From Leptolyngbyaceae cyanobacterium (lineage in GTDB: Bacteria > Cyanobacteriota > Cyanobacteriia > Phormidesmidales > Phormidesmidaceae), in assembly GCA_965263355.1 (NCBI GenBank), contig CBDHHL010000032.1, forward strand, positions 544,001 to 608,000: a stretch of DNA of 64,000 nucleotides, written 5' to 3'. Below the pieces are notes generated by a model that was given only the letters and a program-made list of their open reading frames with translations, was not told the DNA's origin and searched no databases. Below are positions 1 to 9,600 of the stretch, piece after piece. Numbering within the stretch: the stretch's first letter is position 1; each line of letters begins with the position of its first letter. Both the position numbers and the translations under genes were made by a program.

Positions 1-1
1 C

Positions 2-556
2 TCATTTTCAGTCTATGCCCTATCAGCAGAAGCCTTTGCCGGTGCTGCCTTTGGAGAGAATATTTTAGGTTTGTTTAGGCTTAATCAACAGACCATTTTG
101 ATTACGGAATACACCATCGAGTACGGTGATACCCTCAACGGCAAACCCTTAGCAGAAATTGCCTATGGCTATGGGGTGGTTCCGATTCTGTTGCGTCAGT
201 CTCAACCCAACCGACAATATAAAAATCATCCAATGCCGTCGGATGATTTACGGGTTCACATGAGAGATATCCTTTATGTGCTCTCTTCCATCAACGGATT
301 ACGCCGAATAGAACGCGGTGAAATGACTTCACCCCGCCAATGGTTCCTGGAAATAGACAAACCGCTAAATCCTAATATGGTGTCAGAAGCGAGCAGCGTG
401 CTGGCCAAGTTATCAAATGTCAAGTTGGAAGATTGTCGTCGGCTGATGGCTACGCTGCCAAATACACTGCAGCTGGCCCTTTACGATTATCAGGCCCATC
501 GCCTTCTGCAGGAGCTAAAACGGTATGTTCCCATTCGTCTCTCTCCGCTCAAGTAG
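2..556 (+). CDS. C-terminal part of TrkA/RCK-domain potassium-channel family protein (5' end outside window)
   Basis: Frame is open from position 2 (SVYALSAEAFAGAAFGENILGLFRL...ITEY...LAEIAYGYGVVPIL), resembling the tail of cyanobacterial TrkA-type proteins. Confidence 0.7.
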   Translation, partial: SFSVYALSAEAFAGAAFGENILGLFRLNQQTILITEYTIEYGDTLNGKPLAEIAYGYGVVPILLRQSQPNRQYKNHPMPSDDLRVHMRDILYVLSSINGLRRIERGEMTSPRQWFLEIDKPLNPNMVSEASSVLAKLSNVKLEDCRRLMATLPNTLQLALYDYQAHRLLQELKRYVPIRLSPLK

Positions 557-1334
557 AGGACTTTGACTGCAAGCCATTACAGTAATTTGTAATTTCTTTA
601 GGAGCCTGGTTATGGGTTTGCAAATACCCCTCTAGCCAATGGCAGCTGTCGGCCAACAGTTTATCCAATAGTTGAGCCTGATCACCACTCACATCCAAAC
701 GCCATAACAGTACTGTTTCCACAGGCGGACGGTCTTATCTTCACTGGCCGATGCTAATTTTTGACCATTCGGTGAAAATGCTAGGGAGGTCACAGGGCCT
801 TCATGGCCGTTTAGGGTAGTTAGCAAGCCCCGTTGTTTCCCTAGCTGCCAGATTTGAATCTGACTATTTTCTAGCCCTACAGCCAAGTGCTGTCCGTTAG
901 GGCTAAAGGCTACGCTCAGCACTTGAGTATCTTTGAAATCAAATCGATCAAGCTGGATTCCATCTGTGTGCCAGACCCTGGCGCTGCCATCGGCACTGGC
1001 CGATGCAATCATTTGGCCATCATTACTGACAGTAGTATCCCAGATAATCCCTTCATGGGCATCCAGGCGATTGCGCTCTCGGATCCAAAACACAGCTTGC
1101 TGTAAAGCCGTCACCACCAGGTCGTCAGAAAATGATTGATTGGGATTAACCGCCGCTTCATTTTTGAGTGCAATCCCTGCTTTCATCGCTTCTAAAAGGG
1201 CCTCAAATGGCTGGTGGGAGCCAAACAGAGCTTCAGAGGTTTCTGTCTGGGCCAAAATTGTTTGAGACTCAGCGTCCTGTCTTGCTTCCTGAGCAATTTC
1301 CTTTTGTTTATCAGCGCGTGTTCTTTTTTGGTTG
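549..1334 (-). pseudogene. WD40-repeat protein remnant, 5' end cut by IS66 and internal out-of-frame deletion
   Basis: About three WD40 repeats (GHEGPVTSLAFSPNGQKLASASEDKTVRLW). At ~718 another frame resumes with TVLLWRLD...LLADSCHWLEGYLQT, typical of cyanobacterial WD40 C-termini, and stops at 549. Confidence 0.8.
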
Positions 1335-2896
1335 GTAACTACTTAGGCTGTGGCAGAGGTGATTGAGGATTTCCAGAGAACAAATCGACAAGCGCGTCCC
1401 ACACATTGTGCCCTTGTTTTCGTAAAGTAGCCAAATAGCCACGAATACGACAGAACTGTTTAGCCCCATCCTCAGATCGGAAGCATCCCGAGATTTTCTG
1501 TTTCAGTTTCATCATGCGGAGGTCACGCTCGGCTTGATTGTTGTCAAAGGGAATCGAGAAATCGTACATAAAGCCGAGTACCGAGACCTTTTGATTACGT
1601 AAGCGCTTCAGTAGGTTAAGCGGGGGTGGACGTTTCGGTCGTCCCCGTTTTTTGGGTTTTGACGGAGGGGGCATTGGGTTTTGGGCAAACCCCTGCTCTA
1701 AAATGGCGTCATATCGGGACTCAAATGCGGCCAAGTCCTCAATCGATACCCTCTGTTTCCCCTGGGCTTTAAGGCTTTCGAGGTGAGTATGAATCGTCAC
1801 CAATAGCAGACTTAGTTGAAAGGCCCACCACTGACCATAACGTTCTAGCATGTACTGCAGTTCTCTCAAATGATGGGCATTACACAGAAAATGCTCACAG
1901 TCATACAGTGGGTAACTCTTCCAACCATCATGCACGGCCTTACCCTCAACCTCTGGTAACACTCCCATCGCCTCCATGGCCACTTGCCCCCGTTTGGGAT
2001 GGACAAAGTAGTAGGTCAACCCATTGGTTGAGGCTACATGCAACCACCACAGACGCTGATTGACCCGCAGACTGGTCTCATCAAAGTGAACAACCTCACT
2101 GGCCTCTATGGCTTGCTTAATCGTTGCCTCTATCGGCCCTAGATGCTCAAAGCACTGGTCACGGGTGGTGTAAAACGTTCCGTCTGAAACGCTCACGTTC
2201 ATTAAGTCCTTCAACACCTCACAGGCTCGATGCGACGGTAACAGTTGTCCCTCCATCAGGTACACCATCATGGCCTTGAGACGAGGACCATACTGCACAA
2301 CCGTGCTGGCCTCAGCAGGAAAGCTCCCTTGAGTGGACTGACCACATTTCGGGCCACGTTTTACCTCGACTTGATGCTCAGTGACCAATGACTCTATCGG
2401 TCGAATGTCAACTACTTGACGAGCTAACACCTCATCGACAGGGACACTCACTAACGACTCTCCACACCCTGAACACACCGTCACCTCATGGGGAGTCACA
2501 AAATCCGGATCGCTGCTCCATTCAAGGGTATGACCGCGATGACCAGGCTGACCACCCGATGACTTGTCGCTTTTACGCCGTAAGCTCTTAGTGCGTTTCC
2601 CAAAGCCATCACCTGACGGTGGTTTATGACTATTTCGACTGGTTTTGCCTAAGCGGCCTTTGAGCTCACTGACTTGGGTTTCTACCTTGGTGAGACGTTC
2701 CATCAACTGAGTCACCAAACTCACCACAGCCTCTTCTCCTTCCGCATACACTGCACGGATCTCTGCTTCGCTCAGCTGAATTGGTGGGTGTTGCTTGCTC
2801 ACTGGTCACCTACCTGGAACCTGACCATCAGTTAGGATATTTCATTTGCATAACAATCTTTGGAAAATCTCTATTTTTTTAAGCCTAAGTAGTTAC
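1335..2896 (-). mobile_element. IS66-family insertion sequence (single-ORF, ISBst12-like)
   Basis: Perfect 15-bp terminal inverted repeats GTAACTACTTAGGCT (1335-1349) and AGCCTAAGTAGTTAC (2882-2896) enclose the transposase ORF. Confidence 0.93.
1339..2802 (-). CDS. IS66-family transposase
   Basis: SRNSHKPPSGD, GGQPGHRG, CxxC, HFDET, WLHV, CNAHHLREL and FDNNQAERDLR motifs. Confidence 0.95.
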   Translation of the reverse strand: MSKQHPPIQLSEAEIRAVYAEGEEAVVSLVTQLMERLTKVETQVSELKGRLGKTSRNSHKPPSGDGFGKRTKSLRRKSDKSSGGQPGHRGHTLEWSSDPDFVTPHEVTVCSGCGESLVSVPVDEVLARQVVDIRPIESLVTEHQVEVKRGPKCGQSTQGSFPAEASTVVQYGPRLKAMMVYLMEGQLLPSHRACEVLKDLMNVSVSDGTFYTTRDQCFEHLGPIEATIKQAIEASEVVHFDETSLRVNQRLWWLHVASTNGLTYYFVHPKRGQVAMEAMGVLPEVEGKAVHDGWKSYPLYDCEHFLCNAHHLRELQYMLERYGQWWAFQLSLLLVTIHTHLESLKAQGKQRVSIEDLAAFESRYDAILEQGFAQNPMPPPSKPKKRGRPKRPPPLNLLKRLRNQKVSVLGFMYDFSIPFDNNQAERDLRMMKLKQKISGCFRSEDGAKQFCRIRGYLATLRKQGHNVWDALVDLFSGNPQSPLPQPK

Positions 2897-3034
2897 CATC
2901 TACCAAAGTATCGATGAGGTATTAGATGCTATTCATCAAAAAATACTTGCTATTCAAAGTTGACAAGCTATTGTCAACGAATGTCTTGCACGGAGGGGGC
3001 TTCGGGCGTTAGCGCTAGGTGTCGAGCCCCCTCC

Positions 3035-3166
3035 CTGACGGTGCCCCTTGCTTTACGCTTTAGTGCATGCCCGGAGGGCTTTAGGGGAATCCTTGGTGGA
3101 GTATCTTGAAACTATTGGTTTTCAAGGGTTTCAGCTATTCTCTCTGACCTTATGTATACACCGTAG
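3035..3166. mobile_element. Possible MITE / IS4-like end remnant
   Basis: Imperfect inverted ends CTGACGGTG...CACCGTAG. The right end read on the minus strand (GGCTACGGTGTATACATAAG) resembles, from recall, a common cyanobacterial IS4/MITE terminus. Confidence 0.4.
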
Positions 3167-3200
3167 CCTGGGAGGAACATTGGGGGGCACACACAGCCCA

Positions 3201-3890
3201 CTAAACCAAATCAGGATCTATCCCCAACGCCCTTAACTTCTCCGCCAGTCGGTCCGCCCGCGCCTTTTCTTGTTCTACTCTTTCCTCGGGTGTTCTCAAC
3301 CGTTGCCCAGTCTCGTTATACCAATACAACCATTCTCGCTCTCGGCCCAAGTAAGTTCCTCGTTCTCGGCCCAGACCCAACCCAATTTTAGGCAACCAAA
3401 CCGGATTTCCAGATAATGCTTCATATTCACCATCCACTAACTGATAAATCTCCAGGGGCTGACGCTTACGACGCGGGTGCCCATCTGGCAGATACACCGC
3501 ATAGTAGTCAACCTCCAACTCTGCATACAGTTTTTTCTTGCGTTCGTACTCACCACCATAGGTTTTCGAAACCACTTCTAAAGCCAGTGTTGGAGAAATA
3601 TTATCCTCTTCCCACATCACATAGCTCAGTCGCCCCCCTTCGCCAATGAATCGTTCTACACCCAAACTCAAAAAACCATCCGGCACCACCGCTGGCGCAC
3701 TGGGGTCAAAATAAATCCCCATATCTACCCCAAAAAACCAATCCTCACGCTCTGGCCAGATCATCGCCAAAATCGCTTCGAGTAAATTGGGAATCAAATT
3801 CTGTAACTCATTATCCACAGGCGTATCATCCGAGTCCGGTAACTCAGCAGAGGAGGGTAAGCATTGCTTTGGGTCAAACTTTAAAACCAT
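3201..3890 (-). CDS. Uma2 (DUF820) family putative endonuclease
   Basis: LPDSDDTPVDNELQ, VPDGFLSLG, LALEVVS and coiled C-terminal LRALGIDPD. Confidence 0.9.
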   Translation of the reverse strand: MVLKFDPKQCLPSSAELPDSDDTPVDNELQNLIPNLLEAILAMIWPEREDWFFGVDMGIYFDPSAPAVVPDGFLSLGVERFIGEGGRLSYVMWEEDNISPTLALEVVSKTYGGEYERKKKLYAELEVDYYAVYLPDGHPRRKRQPLEIYQLVDGEYEALSGNPVWLPKIGLGLGRERGTYLGREREWLYWYNETGQRLRTPEERVEQEKARADRLAEKLRALGIDPDLV

Positions 3891-3990
3891 GGCTACCGCA
3901 AGCTAGACCAGTACAACTATTCTAGCAGTTGGCTGATGTAGATGATAAATCATGGCCAACTTGAAACCTGTAGATTCTCTGTTTAATCGT

Positions 3991-4437
3991 TTAGCCTCGA
4001 ATAACAACCACATCCCGTTTGCCAGACGTCATCGCTAACTCTGTTGTGGTGCGTTCTGCAATTGGCCCAATATTAGAACGCTGATCAAAAATCACTAGCC
4101 AACCCAAGCTTAACCCTAAACCTGCCAGATAACGATCCAACTGCTCTAATCCCTGACTAATCGGATCCGGTCGCCCCTCTCGCCACACCTTCAACTCCAT
4201 CGCCAGTGTCGTTGTTCCGTATCGTAAACATAGGTCCATCCGGTCTGACCCAATGGCATATTCTCTCTCTAGTGTGCCGCCACCTTCGACTCCGCTCAGG
4301 TCGAGACCATTCACCACTCGATGTAAAAACGCCATCAATACTAGATGGGGCGCAATCTCATGGTATGGAGCACTTTTTAACAAAGGTTGTCCATGTTGTC
4401 GCCAAAAGCTAAGAAACGCCTGTAATAGCGTCGCAAT
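3991..4437 (-). pseudogene. C-terminal remnant of AAA-like ATPase with PD-(D/E)xK-like tail
   Basis: AFLSFWRQHGQPLLKSAPYHEIAPHLVLMAFLHRVVNG...EREYAIGSDRMDL...ELKVW...EQLDRYL. Preceded directly by an in-frame stop, with no Walker A region. Confidence 0.75.
4282..4308. repeat. Small palindromic dispersed repeat inserted in frame
   Basis: ACC-TTCGACTCCGCTCAGGTCGAG-ACC. Removing 24 bp restores VNGGGTLEREY. Confidence 0.7.
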
Positions 4438-4470
4438 CTATATACCTTTAAAACCGACTCAGGATCTAAA

Positions 4471-5316
4471 CTAGGACCCCCAAACTGAATATCGGCAAAC
4501 ACCATTGGAGTGTAACCCTGTCTGGTTTAAGGCAAGCTTCTGATCAAATGCATTGTTTTTAGTCTTAAAACGTTGATACAGTTTTGTTTCGTTCAGCGTT
4601 AGAGTCAGGCGGTCGTCTTCCCAAGAAAGCTGACCAGCACCACCCCGCCCCAGATTATTGCAGTAATGGTAAATCTTACGGCAAAAGAGCTTCGTTGGGC
4701 CACATTCATAGAGCGATAGCTTACCGTAGGCATCAAAGCTCATATAGCTCATCTGATAGCTTTTATTCCAGGTATTTACTTGAAGCGCATCTACATGGTC
4801 AATAAAATAGCCATTAAACGGCATGAGTCCGACAGTTAGGGTTATTAGCAGAGAGAATGTAACAATGCTATTAACCTTGACCTGGTGAGGAAACTGAGAA
4901 ATTGCAACTATAATCCACAAAATATCAAGGGCAACAATCAAAAAAAATAGTCGTATAGGACCATGAAATCCACCACCGTGTAGAAAGGATAGGGGCAGTG
5001 ACAAAGCCATGCCAACTACGGCCAAAAGAGCAAAACCCCAGATTTTAAGCCATCGCCATCGGACCTGCTTCAAGGACGTAACCGGAAAGATAAAACTGGC
5101 ACAGCAAATGAATAACAGCAAGATCCAAAATCCAAAAAAGAAAAGGCCATGGAGAAATACAGCAACTGGATAAGGTCCTGGTAAAATGCCATTGATAAAA
5201 AGCCAATGCCATGGCAAGTATGCAAAGAACAATAATAGCCCTGGCTGACCAACTCTTTGAAGCAAGGTTTGTCTGTTCCAGTGGTGATAGAAATATCGTA
5301 ATAGCTGCATTATCAA
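4471..5316 (-). CDS. Hypothetical multi-pass membrane protein
   Basis: 281 aa ORF with about 5 hydrophobic segments followed by a Cys-containing soluble domain. Confidence 0.6.
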   Translation of the reverse strand: MIMQLLRYFYHHWNRQTLLQRVGQPGLLLFFAYLPWHWLFINGILPGPYPVAVFLHGLFFFGFWILLLFICCASFIFPVTSLKQVRWRWLKIWGFALLAVVGMALSLPLSFLHGGGFHGPIRLFFLIVALDILWIIVAISQFPHQVKVNSIVTFSLLITLTVGLMPFNGYFIDHVDALQVNTWNKSYQMSYMSFDAYGKLSLYECGPTKLFCRKIYHYCNNLGRGGAGQLSWEDDRLTLTLNETKLYQRFKTKNNAFDQKLALNQTGLHSNGVCRYSVWGS

Positions 5317-5580
5317 GGGGGACGAGGATGATGGATATATATCCTTGAATTCTTGATGGGGCTATCTAATTTCGAAAAAAATCGACAAGTTTACCCAAAC
5401 CATATAATCCTGGCAGCCTCCTAAATCCTCGAACTCTGCTGACTTTGAGTTCCGAAGCCCCCAGAATTTTGGGTGGGGACCTTTGCACGAGTGTCATATT
5501 TAAAAAGTTCTTGTTTCTTGTGTAAATTACTTTGCCTGCCTACTGATCCTGTAACATAGCCAGCATTCTGAAGGCCCTCT

Positions 5581-6666
5581 TTAGTCCTCTCTTTTCTTTG
5601 CCAAAATCTCTTCAATCCATACTTGATGCTTTTCATTCTCAAAGCGTTTCAAATAGGCTAGGGCAATTTGTCCCACCGCTGGGTTCTCTTCAATCGCGTC
5701 TAACAGTCTGTGAGTTGTACGTTGTAATATCGCTCGCTCAATCTGTTGATGGGTTGCCACCGGTACCAGGATGGCGGCCAAAACGACCCCGATCCCGGCT
5801 GGAATCATTGGCATCAACCAGCCCAGTAAAAATCCTCCATAGACACCACTGGTTAACCCGGTCAGCAACGCCATGATCAATAACGCCACCTCAAGGGTTG
5901 CTCTCGCCAATAGATGCCCGCCACACCGCCCGCCGTGGTCCAGACCAAAATCCAGACAATCTCCTGCCATTCCTGCCAGCTTTTGAATAAAGGCCGACCG
6001 TCAAGGGCTGAGCGCAACAACATACTAACGGTATTGGCATGGACCGTTACCCCAGCCATGGAAACGGTTTCGCGGGTGGTATAGGGGGTAATCAACACAT
6101 TGTTGACGGTGGAGGCGACGGAGCCGATTAAGACGATGCGATCGCGAATCACCTCCTCAGGCACCTCTCCATTCAGCACCTGGGTGAGAGAAAAAGTGGG
6201 AAACTGCGATCGCACCCTCACATAGTTCAGCATCACCTGATAACCATTGGCATCGGCCCGAATATAGCTGCCCTCATAGGGGCTTAATGGCTTCAGCATG
6301 GCCTGCCCCAAACGCACCGCATTGGCTGGACGGTTAACTGCCTCAAAAGCAATCCCTTCCTGTTCTAAATAGGCCAGCACCAGCTTGGATGAAAAGCTAA
6401 ACAATAGGGTGCCCGGTTCCGGCTCGATGGACAACAACGCCCGTCGGATAGACCCATCATTCTATATCTGCTTGCTCTAGCCGTGCCATGGTTTTGACAC
6501 TCAAGCTAGACTTACCCATCTGGCGGGCCGTCAGAATATAGCAAAACTCCCCCCGACAGACCGCATCATAGAGCGCACTATCCGCCTGCCGTTGCACATA
6601 GCTAAGAGCCTGGGTGGGCAAACTCCCCCCCACTTGATACTGAAATCCAGGCTGTTGTTCCGTCAT
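5581..6666 (-). pseudogene. AAA-like(AAA_35)-CHASE2 protein, internally deleted and frameshifted
   Basis: 6666-6457 encodes YQVGGSLP...YVQRQAD...ARQMGKSSL (P-loop). It switches frame into DGSIRRALL...RDRIVLIG...GVTVHANTVS (CHASE2). A second shift near 5885 leads to the last transmembrane (TM) helices. Confidence 0.8.
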
Positions 6667-6681
6667 ATCTATTGTTCTAAA

Positions 6682-9600
6682 TTAGACGCTTCGATAGCGA
6701 TAGGTCATATACCCCACCGCACCACCGGTAAGCCCCCAAGCCATTAGTGCCGGTACCCAAGGTATCCAAATAGCTGACCACACCATAGAACCATAACAAG
6801 CGATGGTTAAAACGCCGATCGAGCCAGCGCTGGCGAGCAACAATGGCCGCAGTCGCACACATCGCCAAAAGATCAAGCCGCCAACACCAGACCACAGTAA
6901 AATCCAGCCCGATTCTTCCACAAATGACCACCAGCGGATGAGAGGGCGTTCCTCTAAGGCCGCATTGATCAGTTGGCTAATCATTTGTCCATGGACATAA
7001 ACTCCAGGAATAGAATCGCCATAAGGGGTATTGAAATCATCGGAGTTGCGATCGCTAAAATCTGTATAGCCAATTAGGACAATGCGATCGCGAATCAGCG
7101 CAGGATCAACCTTGTCCTGAATGACAGCTTCTAAAGAAACCTGCTGAGCAAAATCCTTTAGCCGAGAACCCCGTCCTTGGGACTCTGGATCGTCATAGGT
7201 GCGAAAGTTGATCAGAGTTTGATAGTCTATCCAACTACTCCAGCCTAGATTTTCGGTCATCGCACTATAGGCAGTGCCGTTACTATCAATATTGGGTACT
7301 ACAACAGTATTAAAGGAAATAACACCGACTGTTTCTGCATCGCTAGTATTTTCATAGGTAATCCCTTCGGTCTCAAGATACGTCTTAGCCAACAACAAAC
7401 TAAAGGACTCCTCAGTGAGACAAGAACTATCGCCACTAACCTGCTGAGTTAAATAGTGACGGCGCACAATGTTGCCACCATCCTGGAGGAAATTAGCAAA
7501 ACCAACCCGAGTCTCGGGCATTTCGTTGCCGATATCGCCAACCTGTTCGTTAGCCTGTTTGTCAGCTGTCTGACAAATACCAAACAAATTATCCATCCAA
7601 GCCAAATCGTTGGCCAAAGCCCCCTTAGCCGGAAAATCACGGAAAAAGTCTAACCCAATCAAACGAGCATCATGGCGATTGAGAACTCTAATAGCCTCTG
7701 AAAGTGCATTCTCAGGAATCGTACCAATACCAGGGGTATAACGACCATCAATCATCTGTTGCCGTAGCCACTCGCCACTGGGGAAATCTACCTTAACAAT
7801 TAGCAGCCGCTCATCCTGTTCAGTTTCATTGGGCCGCCACCGCAGGAACTGGTCATAAGCGCGAGTTTCTAGGGGCTGAAAACCACCCAATAGTCTGATG
7901 ACAGAAACTGCTAAGGCACTGACTACCGTCGCTAATGCCACGGATCGAGCTTTGATTTTCTTAAATGGCAAGGCCTGACTGGCCTGAATATAAGCTTTTT
8001 GCAGGGCAGTAACCGATGGTGTTTTGTCCTGGGCCTGCTCTAACCAACGGACTGATTCTGCCAGGTCATTCCCCCGTAGTAAAAAACTCTCATCCCGCTG
8101 GGCAGCGTCCCATTCAGCGGCTTTGACTAACAGGCGTGTGTGCGATCGCACATGATGCGGATCGCTTTCCAAGGTGCGAAACAACTCGCCAAAGTTCACC
8201 AGAAAGTCACCGTCATGTCGTCGAAAATCACTCCAGGGTAATGACTCGATCCCTTCCGGCAGTGTAGATTTCACCACAGCCCGATAGATCACCGGTAAGA
8301 TACGTTTTTGCTGGGACCGGGCATAGGCTAGCTGATCTAGACAGGCCTGACACCGGACAGCACTGGGCGACAAAATAAACAGAACAGTTTCAGCATTATC
8401 AATCAGCAGGTGAGTATCGTCTAGTCGGTCAGTCTCACCTGCCGAACCGTCCGGTGATAACCAGGCACTTTTGCCTTGAACTAACAACGTTTCATTAAGC
8501 CGATGAGAAAAATCATAATCATCAATATGGTGAATAAAAAAGACCCCCAGGGTTTGATCGGGAGACTGCCTTTGACTGGCATCCAAAAACGCTAGCTGTA
8601 GGGGCAATGCGCCGTTTGGCTGACGATTCTTAGCGGTTTGAGCCCAGGCTAAATAGGTATCCTGTATCTGACGCTGTAGGAGCAAACTCGGGTTTTGTTG
8701 TTGTCGTTCCCACTTAAGTGCTCGCACCAAAAGACGTTTGTGTTGATTATGGTATGAAGCCTCTCTCTGGATCGCCTGCAACAGCTCTGCCATATCTTTT
8801 TCTAAATCGATAGAGGCTTGATTGTCAGTGAGATTAATAAATTGAATCTTACGAATGGTTTCTGGTATCAGTGCTAAATTCACATCCTCCACCAGCATAG
8901 GAATCACCCGTTTGTTTAGGTCTAGCGCTTGATCAATTTCCTGTTGACAATAAACTGAGGCAAGGGATGCCTGGGAAATCAGATAGACAACATTGTCAGC
9001 CTCTTCCAGACCCCGCTGGATAGCAACTTCAAAGTCTTCACCCATACGGATATCCACCGTACTGGTCCAAACTGTCACACCAGCTTGTAGTAAGTGATAG
9101 CGAACAATTTCCTTTGTGGTTAAATCTTCTTCGGCACAGGAGATAAAGACCTGGGTCATGCCACCGTCGGCAGCCTTGATACTTTCTGTAATAAACTCTG
9201 CTTGCACCAGGTTCGGTTTACAGGGCAGTTGCTCCTTAGTAAATTCCGTCTGCAGCCAAGTTTGCGCCCGCAGTCGTTCCTCTCCCATCAGTAAGTAAGT
9301 GGCTTGACGTTGGTGACGCTCCCAGGCGAGGGCACTAATCAAGAGTTCAGTGTGCTGATGGACATAGTCTTCATGCCGATGACACAGCTCTATCAGTCCA
9401 TTAATGGCAGTGTCTAAATCATCGATGCCTGGACGGGCGTTGATCCAATTGATCCGACCAATGTCAGGGGGCATATTGGGGAAACTCGAATGTTTCCCCT
9501 TGGCTTTATAGATTTTCCAATGATCCGGACTGTCTGAAGGATTGCGAGCTTTCCAGGTGGAATAGCCAATTTCTTCCACCTGCAAAATGGGGATAATTCG

